A stretch of 64,000 nucleotides of DNA from Octopus vulgaris (Eukaryota). A program made the translations under genes and the position numbers. The notes below the pieces were generated by a model that saw only the letters and a program-made list of their open reading frames with translations, ran no database searches and was not told the origin of the DNA. The stretch is taken from NCBI GenBank assembly GCA_951406725.2, contig OX597820.1, forward strand, positions 126,108,001 to 126,172,000, written 5' to 3'. Below, one piece after another: positions 27,057-40,001 of this stretch (position 1 is the first letter of the stretch; each line of letters starts with the position of its first letter).

Positions 27057-27641
27057 GAGTGATAGAGCATTGCATGCCATCAAAGTGATACAAGGGTACC
27101 AATATACAAAGTCTAGTATACTCATCATGACTACCAATCTGATAAGGCTACACTAGGCACATGCATCACAACCATATATGCATGGCATGGTGATCTCATA
27201 TCAAGATAAACAGCACATGACCTTGCAGGTGGGGCCCAATTACAATTTTCTTCATGTCGAGTAGCTCATGCCATTCAAAAGGTTTTCAGCGGCATAAGGG
27301 TTGCTTTATTTTAGTGGAATGAGGGTTCTTTAAGATGTTGAAAGAAACACCCTTGTCTCCAAAGGTAAATTATCCAAACCCCAAGGAATTCCTTTCAACA
27401 CATGACTATGATGCCCCCCCCCACTACTTCTGCTCATGACCGGAGATGCACATATTGTCAGCCACTAAGGGACATGCTCAGCAAGTTAAGGACAAACAAC
27501 TGACAATCAAATCTGTGATACTGAGCAGAATATTTGCTCTAGCCCATCTTTTATATCAAGACAAAACAATGTACATGATGACACTTCCAGTCAGTTAAGA
27601 CCAGATGTCACGAGAGCCACTGTCTGGTACTGCAACAAGGC
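27057..27641 (-). mobile_element. Non-coding ~580-bp element in (TAA)n, copy 1
   Basis: Homologous to 29080-29607 and 49762-50313. (TTA)n on both flanks; no sustained ORF. Confidence 0.85.
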
Positions 27642-27678
27642 AATTATTATTATTGATAATATTATTATTATTATTATT

Positions 27679-27970
27679 CAGTAGTTTTATTTTTATAGCG
27701 TGCTTTCACTTCACTACTGAGCGCAGCTCTGTGTGCCTTGGGTATGTCTTGTGGTTTGCTGTGATGCTCTGATGGTTACTGTATTGAAAGTGTTTTCCGT
27801 AGGATGTGTGCAGTGCCCAGCAGTGCAATTTTCTGTATGTTATATATACTTGTTAGCCCTGGTGTTAGCCTGAATATTTTTTTTATCATACCTAATGCGC
27901 CAACTATGATAGGAATTATTTCTGTTTTTAGATTCCATATTCGAGTTGCCTCAATTTCCAGGTCTTTGTA
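27679..27970 (-). mobile_element. 5'-truncated R4/Dong retrotransposon 3' end
   Basis: KDLEIEATRIWNLKTEIIPIIVGALGMIKK...QKIALLGTAHILRKTLSIQ* plus 3' UTR; (TTA)n on both flanks. Confidence 0.9.
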
Positions 27971-28054
27971 TTATTATTATTGTTGTTATTGTTGTTGTTA
28001 TTGTTGTTGCTGTTTCTGGTGTTGTTGTTATTGCTGTTGTTGTTATTAATATAA

Positions 28055-29025
28055 TGCATTACTCTTACTTTCATCACGTGCTTTCACTGCAATACCGAGC
28101 GCATCTCTGTGTGCCTTAGGTATGTGCTGTGGTTTGTTGTGATGCTCTTATTTGCACTGTATTGAAAGTGTTCAACATAGGATGTGCGCCGTGCCTAGCA
28201 GTGCTATTTTGTGTATGTTATATATACTTGTTAGTCCTAGTGTTTTTGTTATGTATTTATCTGAATATTTTTTCATCATACCTAATGCGCCTACTATGAC
28301 GGGAATTGTTTCTGTTTTTAGCCTCCACATTCGAGTTACCTCTATTTCCAGGTCTTTGTATTTTTAAAGTTTCTCCATTTCTTTTAGAGATACATTGTGA
28401 TTTGTTGTTATTTATGCACCGAGTAGAATTTTTTCCTGATGATCTCTGACACTATCTCCGGCCTATTGGCCTTAATTTCTCTACCTGTGTGTATTGGCAT
28501 ATCCCAGAGTATGGTTGCTTTCTCATTATCTGTGACATTTTCTAGCGTGTGCCTATACCATCTTTTTTCTATTTTTATTCCATAGTGTTGGCACAGCTTC
28601 CAGTGTATATAGATCCCAACTCTGTCGTGCCGCTGAATATGCTCCTTCTTAGCAGGACTTGGTAACCAGAGATAATATGATTTATTGTTTCTTGTCCATC
28701 TCCCCATATTCTGCAGTTACTTGTCATGCTTCTTTTCATTATATGTTTTTGGTAATTTCTGATGGGGAGGCTTTGGTCTTGTACTGCAATTAAAAAATCA
28801 TCGATCTCTGCTTTGAATCCTGCGCTTCTCAGCCATTCTTGGAATTTTGCTTTGTCCATGTCTTCTTTGTTTAGTTTGATCCAGTATTTGCCATGAAGGG
28901 GCGTTTCTTGCCATCGTTTTATCATGATCAGTTGCCGTTCCAGTTTTAGTTTGGATTTCACTTGTTTTACAGGTTTTGTTCTTTCTTCTTTTTCTTCATA
29001 GTTGTTAGGTACTATGACTTCTTTT
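28055..29025 (-). mobile_element. 5'-truncated R4/Dong retrotransposon (CCHC knuckle and restriction-like endonuclease)
   Basis: WQETPLHGKY, AVQDQSLPIRNY, CRIWGDGQETINHIISG, RHDRVGIYIHWKLC, ILWDMPIHTGREIKANRPEI; frameshifted. Confidence 0.93.
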
Positions 29026-29079
29026 ATTATTACCATTATTATTGTTGTTGTTGTTGTTGTTGTTATTATTATTATCACT

Positions 29080-29607
29080 AAGTGAGAGAGCAGCGCAATG
29101 CATCAAAGTGACACTGGGGTACAAATATACGAAGCCTAATATATCCATCATGACTACCCGTCTGATAAGAGTACACCAGGCACATGCATCACAACCATAT
29201 GTGCACGACGTAGTGATCTCATATGAGGATAAACAGCGCATGACCTTGCTGCTAGAATTTTATTCAGATCGAGTTGCGCATCTCACTGGAGAGATCTCTG
29301 AATATGGGTTGCTTAAAGATGTTGCACGACAAACCCATGTTTCCAGAGGTGAATTATCCATTATCCAAACCCCAAAGAATTCCTTTCAACACATGGCTAG
29401 TTGTGCTCGCCTTGAGAAGTTCACATATAGTCAGCCACTAAGGGACAGGCTCAATTGCTTAAGGTCAAACATTTGACAAGCAAATCTATGGTATGGAGCA
29501 GAATATTTGCTGTAGCCCATCTTTTATACCAAGACAAAACAATTTGCATAACACTTCCAATCAGCTAAAATCAAAAGCTATGAGAGCCACTGCCTGATAC
29601 TGCAACA
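29080..29607 (-). mobile_element. Non-coding (TAA)n-associated element, copy 2
   Basis: Same termini as copy 1, with small internal deletions. Confidence 0.85.
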
Positions 29608-30089
29608 TCATCATTATTATTATTATTTTTATATTTTTTTATTATTACTACTTTATTATGGAAGATGTCGAGTTCTTGACATTGTCTTATTTTTATAGCG
29701 CTCTCTTTGCAATTTTATTTTAAAATATGTCATGCAATACGGTGCTTTCGTTTTATAACGTGTACACGTGCTCGCAACTGATAAATTGCCCTTCTTAAAG
29801 TACCTATCTTTGTTAAGCATCGCGCGTCATTCATTTTCCAGGATGCCTATGGACCAGCTGTGTTCTGTCTATGACCATCCTGTCATTCAATGTATCACGA
29901 ATCGATTTATTCATACACTGTGTCACGAACCATATTTTCAAATGCAACCAAATTTTCTTCTTTTTAAAACATGATGTGCTTCATATTGGGAGAATTTTGC
30001 TCCTATATTTAGGAGTTCCAACAGCCACAACAAATCTCTTATTGCTGGCCTCTCCAACAGTACAGCCGTATTTAAAATTATATTTCTAT

Positions 30090-31598
30090 AAGGCGGCAGA
30101 AATGTTAGGACGCCGGGCGAAATGCTTAACGGTATTTCGTCTGTCTGTACGTACTCAGTTCAAATTCCACCGAGGTCGACTTTGCCTTTCATCCTTTCGG
30201 GATCGATAAATCAAGAACCAGTTGCATACTGGGGTCTATCTAATTGACTGGCACCCTCCCCAAAAATTTCGAGCCTTATGCTTAGAATAGAAAAGAATAT
30301 TACAACACTATATAGAGAGCTGTGAACTGCCAGAATCTTGAGCAGGCTGGGCAAAATGTTTAATGACATTTCGTCCGTCTTTATGTTCTGAGTTCAAATC
30401 CTGCCGAGGTTGATTTTGCCTTTCATCCTTTCGGGGTCGACAAAATAAATACCCGTTGAACACTAGTGTCGATGTAATCGACTTCACATCTCTCCCGAAC
30501 ATGCTGACCTTGTGCCAAAATTTGAAACGAATATCGTATCATTATATAATCATTTCTACTACAGACACAAGGCCTGAAAAATGGGGCGGGGGGGGACTAG
30601 TTGATTTCATCGACCCCCGTGTTTCACTAGCATTTAATTTATCGATCCCGATAGGATGAAAGGCAAAGTCGACCTCGACGGAATTTGAACGCAACGACAG
30701 GCGAAATACCTATTTCTTTACTACCCACAAGGGGCTAAACACAGAGAGGACAAGCAAGAACAGACAAACAGATTAAGTCAATTATATCGACCCCAGTGCG
30801 TAACTGGTACTTATTTAATCGACCCCGAAAGGATGAAAGGCAAAGTCGACCTCGGCGGAATTTGAACTCAGAACGTAACAGCAGACGAAATACTGCTAAG
30901 CATTTCACCCGGCGTGCTAACGTTTCTGCCAGCTCGCCGCCTTACGTATTGCTATATAAAACTGTAATTCGAGGATGCTGTGCACTGCCAGACTCTTGAG
31001 CAGGCTGGGCAAAATGTTTAATGACATTTCGTCCGTCTCTACGTTCTGAGTTCAAATCCTGCCGAGGTTGATTTTGCCTTTCATCCTTTCGGGGTCGACA
31101 AAATAAATACCCGTTGAACACTAGTGTCGATGTAATCGACTTCACATCTCTCCCGAACATGCTGACCTTGTGCCAAAATTTGAAACGAATATCGTATTAT
31201 TATATAATCATTTCTACTACAGGCACAAGGCCTGAAAAATGGGGCGGGGGGGACTAGTTGATTTCATCGACCCCCGTGTTTCACTGGCATTTAATTTATC
31301 GATCCCGATAGGATGAAAGGCAAAGTCGGCCTCGACGGAATTTGAACGCAACGACAGGCGAAATACCTATTTCTTTACTACCCACAAGGGGCTAAACACA
31401 GAGAGGACAAACAAGGAAAGACAAACAGATTAAGTCAATTATATCGACCCCAGTGCGTAACTGGTACTTATTTAATCGACTCCTAAAGGATGAAAGGCAA
31501 AGTCGACCTCGGCGGAATTTGAACTCAGAACGTAACAGCAGACGAAATACTGCTAAGCATTTCACCCGGCGTCCTAACATTTCTGCCAGCTCGCCACC
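30090..31598. mobile_element. Cluster of Meta-like tRNA-SINEs in both orientations
   Basis: Plus-strand copies at ~30090-30298, 30322-30530 and 30980-31190; minus-strand dimers at ~30550-30941 and 31210-31598. Confidence 0.9.
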
Positions 31599-31638
31599 TT
31601 ACGTATTGCTATATAAAACTGTAATTCGAGGATGCTGT
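30319..31638 (+). repeat. ~658-bp tandem duplication
   Basis: 30319-30976 is repeated at 30977-31633 with few differences; GCTGT sits at all three boundaries. Confidence 0.93.
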
Positions 31639-31821
31639 AGCAACGGAAATTACGAAGTTTAGGAACAAATATCGAGCAATATTGGCTTCTGTTGTTTTAC
31701 ATTTTGAGTTCAAATCCTTACTTTTCTTTTCACTGGGGTCATTAAGATACATATCAATACAAGTCTGTGGAACTATTAACTCGAATCTCTTCCACTGATG
31801 CGAAGACGCGTGAGCTAATTT

Positions 31822-31835
31822 TGGTGGTGGTGGTT

Positions 31836-31891
<56 letters not shown>

Positions 31892-31940
31892 GGTGGTGGT
31901 GGTGGTGGTGGTGGTGGTGGTAGTAGTAGTAGTGGTGGTG

Positions 31941-32005
<65 letters not shown>
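31822..32005. repeat. (GTA)n/(GTG)n compound microsatellite
   Basis: Visible directly in the sequence. Confidence 0.97.
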
Positions 32006-32249
32006 TATATTACTGAAGCTGCTTGTTCCCGTATTGTCGTCAACATGGTACTTTCCTAAACTTATTGGTCTATTTCACCCTTCGGATGTTACATCGACGA
32101 TCATCATAGCTTTGGATTAATTGTCATACCAGAAACTTTTCTAGTATACATTTTTTTTTTTACCTTCAGTCTGTTCTAAAATTTGCTCCAATCAATTTTC
32201 ATTATTATAAATCATCATCTCAAACTTTTGTCTTGTAACTCTGCGCACT

Positions 32250-32640
32250 TATATTCGATCTCGTTGGCTGTATCTGGAGAATTGGTTCCGATTGATGAAA
32301 TTTGATACACATTTTCTCAGTTCACAGGATGAATACTTAAACTTCACATTTCTCCTGATCCTTACTCTGTCTACTATCAAGAATATCATTTTAGCTCTTT
32401 TTTTTAGCATGGCAGCGTTCAAGATGCATAGGTACTTAGTGACCGTAGGTTTCATATAATATGAATGGTATTCTTTTTTACCATCTACAGTTTCTTTCCA
32501 CTTTCCAAACCTTGAAGTACAATTTTTTGTTTTTGCGTTGAAATGTTTCAATGAATACTTAATGGTCGCCTTCATGTTTTGATGGTTGGAATTTACCATA
32601 ATGTTGGATCTTTTCCATAGTTATTTCTTGTGTTTCTAAA
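32250..32640 (-). pseudogene. Degraded LINE (RTE-like) endonuclease remnant
   Basis: GKWKETVDG...LCILNAAMLKKRAK...FLIVDRVRIRRNVK resembles APE motifs L.I.NT.F and IDFI.V. Confidence 0.4.
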
Positions 32641-33197
32641 TATTGGAATAGTATGACGAAAGATTTCTTTTGAAATTTAACCAAAAGCATGAGATAATAA
32701 CTGGTGTGTGTGTGTGTGTATGTATGTATGTGTGTGTGTGTATGTATGTATGTGTGTGTGTGTGTGTTTATATAAAGAATCTGACTCTTCTTCTTAATAA
32801 CAACATTGGTGAGAACAGATAGTTCCAGATCAAAACAATTGCAAAATAAATATAAAAATGAATCTACGCGTGTGCATATGTGTATGCATGCACACACATA
32901 CGTTAATGTTTGTTTTATGTCAAGTTATGTATGAAACAATCTGACATTAAACTAAGGGTTACTAAATATCTTTTAGTACAGTACTTGTTTGTTAAACATT
33001 TTCAAAAGTTGGCAAAAGACATCGGGGTTCCGGCTTCGTTAGTCTAGGCATACATACATAAATACATACATACATGCATATATATATATATATGTGTGTG
33101 TGTGTGTATGAATGTGTGTATATATATATGTGTGTGTGTGTGTGTGTGGTGTATATATATATGTATATATGCATATATATGTGTATATACATATGTG

Positions 33198-33249
<52 letters not shown>

Positions 33250-33259
33250 CATATGTGTA

Positions 33260-33304
<45 letters not shown>

Positions 33305-34193
33305 CACTTTTCGAGATGGAATATGTCGTTTCAAGATTTGGTTGCTTTTTGTATCAGATTGTCAACGTAATTTCTACTCCTTTTTGTTGTATGGCTTGTG
33401 TGATTCAACGACCCTCACATCTACGCCAACGGAGAGCAAGCTTCTGATAGGTTCTTCCATCCCATACTGGACGGATAAAAGAATAAAGGCCAGACTAATA
33501 TGGACCACATCCTCTCGGACTTGAAAATGGGTTTGTGTAAGACCAACCCCCTCCCTAGAAAAATACCAAGTTCCAAAGCATCGAGGACAGTTAAAATTCA
33601 ACAAGGTCTGTGAAACTAAGGCCTTACACGGTACAACAACATCCGAAAGAATCCTGCAACATTAAATTCCTTTCTGACTACCAGGAGACAACCTGGACTT
33701 GAGAACAGGCGACGGCCTACATTCCATAGGGAACGAAGGGTTTAAATTGAGTGAAGTTCAAACTGACTGAATGATATTATACTGTTGATATTGAAAACAT
33801 TGTTATCATTGCTTTCATACTTTTAACAAAGTTTCAATCCAAACTGCACAAGCAGTTTGGATATTGACGTAAACTAAGATACCGACGTCTCTTTCTCGCT
33901 AGTTGTGAAGCTATGTCAACTTTGGAAAGATTCAGAGGTGGGAAGAGTAAATATACAGAAACGCCAGTTCATTTCAGATATTTAAATGTGCTAATTGAAG
34001 ACAAATAATAAAAGGGATGCGTATGGAGAAATTTCAGATGATCGATTATTCGATGGACTTAATACATGCAAAGTTATATTTGTTGAAAGAGCTTCAGAAG
34101 ACGAGAGAAAATCGCTTTAATGAAGTTAGAGACATGTATGCTGTAAATATCTCTCTTCGTTTCCATGGGAAATGCTTGAACGTCATAGCGCTT

Positions 34194-34365
34194 TCTTCTT
34201 CTTCTTCTTCTTCTTCTTCTCCTCTTCCTTCTCCTTCTTCTTCTTCTTCTTCTTCTCCTCCTCTTCCTTCTTCTTCTTCTTCTTCTTCTTCTTCTTCTTC
34301 TCCTCCTTCTTCTTCTTCTTCTTCTTCTTCTCCTTCTTCTACTTCTTCTTCTTCTTCTTCTTCTT

Positions 34366-34409
<44 letters not shown>

Positions 34410-34503
34410 GCTGCTGCTACTAGAACTTATTCTACCTCGCCTCCTTCACATTATTTTTCTACTACTACTATTTCCTTTTCTTCTCCTCCTTGACCTTGCC
34501 TTT

Positions 34504-34539
<36 letters not shown>

Positions 34540-34671
34540 GTCATCGTCATCGTCGTCGTTATCTTCTTGTTTTGTTCATTATCATTATTGTTGTTGAAAT
34601 CGTTATTAATAAATGAATTCCTCATTACTATTATTATTAATATTGTTGCTGCTGTTCTTGTTATCATTATT

Positions 34672-34722
<51 letters not shown>
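34194..34722. repeat. (TTC)n/(CTA)n/(ATC)n microsatellite cluster
   Basis: Visible directly in the sequence. Confidence 0.95.
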
Positions 34723-34959
34723 TTCTTTATTCCATTTACATCTAAAATTATAGGTATATAAATGTCTCCCAGGACGTAATTTCTTATTTTTCGATACAGA
34801 AGTGAAAAAGGGAAAATTAAAACTATAAAATGTCATAAGTGTAAACGCTATGCATTTCTTTCTTCCTCTAACGACTTTAACAATTCATCAACTATTCTTC
34901 CGAGTGATCCTTTTTTTCCCCATAGAATAATATTTAAACTTTCTTAACTATCATCACTT

Positions 34960-35210
34960 CTTTCTTTCAGTAACACTCTTCACATAATTCGCTAAATGCA
35001 CCAGAATTTTCTGACGATAGTTTAATCACCATCAAAAGATTATTTCCACGTAGGTCATTCATTTTATTAGTGTGATATAGAACATGAAAATATGTATCCT
35101 CTTTTATATTCCTACATATTTCGCATACAGAATAAAAATTTAAAATAAGTTTGAAAGTTAATGCAATTAAAAGATCCACATATCACTTCCTTTCTTGTCC
35201 CCTTTGTCCC
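34960..35210 (-). pseudogene. hAT (Charlie/SCAND3-like) transposase remnant
   Basis: EICRNIKEDTYFHVLYHTNKMNDLRGNNL resembles LCEEM...LLYHTEVRWLSRGKVL. Confidence 0.4.
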
Positions 35211-35719
35211 CAGTCCGCTGCATATGATTTTCCAAAATTGCTGATGATGAAGGGAAGAATTCATTCGCTTTGAGAGGCATTGTACGAAAATACAGAACCA
35301 TTGTCGTTCATAAAAGAAACCGATATCATGATGATTGACTCCCTTAAAACGAGCAGCATTATTAACATGGTTAACACTTTTAAAACGATTAACGCCATTG
35401 AACCGATTCAACCGTTTACAAAAATGAAAAAATACCGGATTATGGAATGGAACTTTTTAACCAATGCAACCTGAATGCCTATCACTGTTTCATCCATCAC
35501 GCTCTTTGGTTTGCTAAAGCAATCATCTTAGTATGTTAGATGAGAAGGGATAGTCACCATCATGCCTAACATTCTTCCATTTCTTGAAGAAGGTGGGTGA
35601 AATTTGTAATGAGGGGGTGGTGTATGAGGGAGGGATAACGAAAGTGGAGAAAAAGAGATGTCCATTTACAAGTACGACTAACTTCAACTATCTTCGGTTG
35701 TGAATTTGTTAGTGAATGA

Positions 35720-36232
35720 AGGCGGTGAGCTGGCAGAAACGTTAGCACGCTGGGCGAAATGCTTAGCGGTATTTTGTCGGCCGCTACGTTCTAAGTTCAA
35801 ATTCCGCCGAGGTCGACTTTGCCTTTCATCCTTTCGGGGTCGATTAAATAAGTACCAGTTACGCACTGGTGTCGATATAATCGACTTAATCCGTTTGTCT
35901 GTCCTTGTTTGTTCTTTCTGTGTTTAGCCCCTTGTGGGTAGTAAAGAAATAGATATTTCGTCTGTCTTTACATTCTGAGTTCAAATTCCGCCGAAGTCGA
36001 CTTTGCCTTTCATCCTTTCAGGATCGATAAAATAAGTACCAGTTGCGTACTGGGATCGATCTAATCGACTGCCCCCACCTCCTCAAAGATTTCGGGCCGC
36101 GTGCCTAGAGTAGAAAAGATTTTCTTTAAAAAGGCGGTGAGCTGGCAGAAACGTTAGCACGCCGGGCGAAATGCTTAGCGGTATTTCGTCTGGTGTTATA
36201 TTTTGAGTTCAAATTCCGCCAAAGTCGACTTT
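35720..36232 (+). mobile_element. Dimeric Meta-like SINE followed by a second SINE head
   Basis: Full head, core and tail A, then a unit restarting at atatttcgtct with tail B; a new head begins at 36132. Confidence 0.92.
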
Positions 36233-36329
36233 CTCACTTTTCTGAGCATCAAACTAATACACCTTCTTGTTGTTCATACACCTGTCTTCGTCTTTCGTTT
36301 TTCAGTAAATTCCAACTATATATATACAT

Positions 36330-36501
36330 ATATACGACGGGCTTCTTTCAGCTTCCGCCTACCAAATCCGCTCACAAGGCATTGGTAGACCCATGGTTAT
36401 AGTAGAAGACTCTTGCCCAAGGTGCCACGCAGTAGGACTGAACTCGGGATCATGTAGTTGTTAGTAAGAAAGCTACTTACCACACAGCCACTCCTGCGCC
36501 T
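36330..36501 (-). mobile_element. 5' half of the 13784-type SINE
   Basis: Reverse strand ggcgcaggagtggctgtgtggtaagtagc...gaaagaagcccgtcg. Confidence 0.88.
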
Positions 36502-36799
36502 AGTTGCTAGTTTCAGTTCCACGAAACGTGTTACTCTCAGCACCCAGTTGTATAAGCTAACAAAATATTATTATTTCCTAAAACCTATTGATTTATTGTT
36601 ATTGACATTTTCAACCTTGACCATTTGGTCTTTCCAAATTTAAGTCTACTTGGTCCATTTCATCGCTCGCTTTAAAGACTGTCTCGGGTAGTCCTGGAAG
36701 TTGGAAGCATGAACAACAGGACAGCAGATTACTGTTCTAGAATTCCTAAGCCGTGGTCATCAACTAGAGGATTAATATCGGTAATGTTAGTGAAGGCCG

Positions 36800-37030
36800 T
36801 GAGGTGTATGGCAGAATCGTTAGCACGCCGGGCGAAATGCTCAGCGGTATTTTCTCTACCGCTACGTTCTGACTTCAAATTCCGCCGAGGTCGACTTTGC
36901 CTTTCATCCTTTCGGGGTCGATTAGATAAGTACCAGTTACGCATTGGGGTCGATATAATCGACTTAAACCGTTTGTCTGTCCTTGTTTGTCCCTTCTGTG
37001 TTTAGCCCCTTGTGGGCAGTAAAGAAATAG
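36800..37030 (+). mobile_element. Meta-like SINE monomer, tail A
   Basis: Head and core present; tail ends gtaaagaaatag. Confidence 0.9.
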
Positions 37031-37349
37031 GAGGAGGTGTATGAAGAGTAAGTGTGAAGGGAGAAGTATAGGAGAGAATTAGAGCCAAAGAGAAGCGAGA
37101 TGTTCGTTTAGAAGGTGTAATTTAAGGACATTTGCCTGCTATTTCTAGCAGTTCCATCGGCGATCTAGAGTTTTGTTGTGCAGTTGTTGATGTAGTTGCT
37201 ACAACAGCAACTCTTAATGTTTTTTTTCTTTTTTTTTTTTCTTTGTTACCACCGATATAACTTCTCCTTGTTAACCATCTCGTTGTTATCGTCTCTTGGG
37301 AGATGTTCCATGGCTGCTCTTGCACAAGATGTCGTTGAAGGTAACGTCG

Positions 37350-37351
37350 AA

Positions 37352-37382
<31 letters not shown>

Positions 37383-37393
37383 GTGATGATGAA

Positions 37394-37455
<62 letters not shown>

Positions 37456-37475
37456 CGATGATGATGGTGATGATG

Positions 37476-37507
<32 letters not shown>

Positions 37508-37536
37508 GGTGATGATGGTGATGACGATGATGATGG

Positions 37537-37570
<34 letters not shown>

Positions 37571-37776
37571 CATGAGGAGGAGGAGGAGGAGGAGGAGGAT
37601 GACGACGACGACGTTCATGAACAACAATCAAGCAAGGTTGAATTTCATATTACCAATTCACCTTCACATAATGATAGTAGTAACAAACAACAATAACAAC
37701 GATGATCATAATGGTGGTGGTGGTGGTGGTGGTGATTATGCTGATGGTAATAATAATAACAAATAATAATAACAAC

Positions 37777-37826
<50 letters not shown>

Positions 37827-37851
37827 TAATAACAATAATAATAACAACAAC

Positions 37852-37928
<77 letters not shown>

Positions 37929-37947
37929 TAATAACAATAATAATAAC
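37350..37947. repeat. (GAT)n and (AAT)n microsatellites
   Basis: Visible directly; these explain the poly-D, poly-H and poly-N ORFs. Confidence 0.97.
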
Positions 37948-38406
37948 AAACCATCGTTAATTTTGCGAGTGTGAGCAGCAGCAAGAAGCACTTATTGGAT
38001 TCCGCCTGCAGCAATATAAAGAAGGTTCGAGAGAGGTTTAAGAATAGGTTTAACTGTGTGTATATGCATCTATATGTGTGTGGATGTGTGTACGAGAGTA
38101 TGTGTGCGCGTATGTGTGTGTGCATGTGTGTGTGTGTGTGTGCGCGTGTGTGCGTGTGTGTGTGCATAGACTAAGGTCGTCGCTTAAACACCATTGTCTG
38201 CGCAACAATCATTTCCCCCCAAACACGTTCCAACACCAACATCAGAACCACCGGCAGCAACAACAATACACGTCAACCAACACCAACACCACTAACAAAG
38301 TACAAATTATAATATAATGATGATTATTATGATGATGGTGATGATGGTAGTGACGGGGATGACGGTGGTGCTAGTGGTGATAATGAAAATGGCAATAACA
38401 ATAGTA

Positions 38407-38466
<60 letters not shown>

Positions 38467-39009
38467 TCATTGTTATTATTATTATTATTATTATTATTAC
38501 ATTATTATTATTATTATTTTATTATTATTATTATCATTATTATTTTATTATTATGTTAATAATAACAGCACGAAATGACGCCGTCGGGGTTAATGATGAT
38601 ATTGATAATGATGATGATGATCATGATGATGATCGCGATGACGATGATAATGATGATGGTAATGATGATTTGCCCTATCACAACTGCTGCTAGGAGCGAG
38701 TAATTTTCTCACAAACAACTGTTACGCTGCATTGCTAATACAATCAACACTGCTACTATTACTATCACTAAAACACCACCACCACCACCACCATCACCCA
38801 CCTGATATAAATTGCTGTTTCCAACAACTTCCGACTTCACAGTTTCATTAACATGACGATGATGGTTGATTTTGTTGTTGTTTGTGGTAGAGGTTGAGGT
38901 ATTGTTGGCGGTGGTGTTCACAGAGGTCGTGGTGATGGCGATGATGATGACGAACAAATACTATGACAAACACAGCGACCAACGATCCTAATAGCACCAC
39001 TGCCTCTAA

Positions 39010-39783
39010 CTATTCTCGTGCTTCTTTTCGCTAATGACTTACTTGCTACCATTTCCGGCAACACCCACATTTACGTAGGCCATACTACACTTCAGTTTTA
39101 CCTAGCCTTGTCTAACTCGGTATCATCCGCTCCACTCGCAACTTCGACACCAAACGCCAGGCTCGTACTGATTTTATGCACAGTGATTCCAGGGACTCCA
39201 AACGCTTCTTCAAATATGGATTTGCCAATCTTGAAGCTTAGCTTTTTGTCCAGCAGTAAGAAAACACAAACGCTACTCAGGAAAATAAATATCACAGTCT
39301 CTATACTTCTTTAATCGTGAGTAAAATATAACTAGAGCCTCGCAATACTTGGTCTTACAAGCCACGAACATGGTGCTGATGGTAGTAGTGGTGATGGTGG
39401 TGATGGTGCTGCTGCTGGTGCTGATGGTAGTAGTGGTGATGGTGGTGAAGCTGTTGCTGCATGCACGTTCATAATAGATCACATCCTTCTGCATCTGGTC
39501 CACAGACGCGCTGATGCTTCTATGTCCCTTTTCTACTGCTGCCAAACTAGTCTTTTCTCTTCAGAGCTAACTCGGTTCATTCCGGCTCCACTCGGGTATA
39601 TCCGTCCCACTCGTCTCTCATCTTTCCGTCATGTTTGTTATGTCCAATCTTTTCCGAGGCCGCACATTGATCATTATGCCCAGTCCTTCCTTCACAGAAC
39701 GTCCTCCTTCTGGAGCTCATTTCCTGCATATTCATCCATCTCATATATATTAATCTGCAATGGTTCAAGAGGACCATTAATAT
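39010..39783 (+). pseudogene. CR1/Jockey-like LINE RT C-terminal remnant
   Basis: LLFANDLL...THIYVGHTTL (degenerate LFINDL...YADD), KKTQTLL, and SLFY...SSEL...YAQSFLHRTSSFWSSFPA (SF..RT..LWN.LP motif). Confidence 0.75.
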
Positions 39784-40001
39784 CTGTTTCTTTATTACCC
39801 ACAAGGGGCTAAACATAGAGGGAACAAACAGATTAAGTCGATTACATCGACCCCAGTGCGTAACTGGTACTTAATTTATCGACCCTGAAAGAATGAAAGG
39901 TAAAGTCGACCTCAGCGGAATTTGAACTCAGAACGTAACGGCAGACGAAATACGGCAACGCATTTCGCTCGGTGTGCTAACGGTTCTGCCAGCTCGCCAC
40001 C
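39784..40001 (-). mobile_element. Meta-like SINE inserted at the LINE end with a target-site duplication
   Basis: Flanked by gaccattaatatc / gaccattaatgtc. Confidence 0.9.

Noticed and set aside
33370-33755. Possible RTE-derived non-autonomous element with an HDV-like ribozyme
   Set aside because: The resemblance to RTE UTRs is vague and I could not build the nested pseudoknot.
37196-37696. 166-aa ORF resembling a signal peptide plus acidic tail
   Set aside because: The hydrophobic part comes from a poly-T run and the acidic part from (GAT)n.
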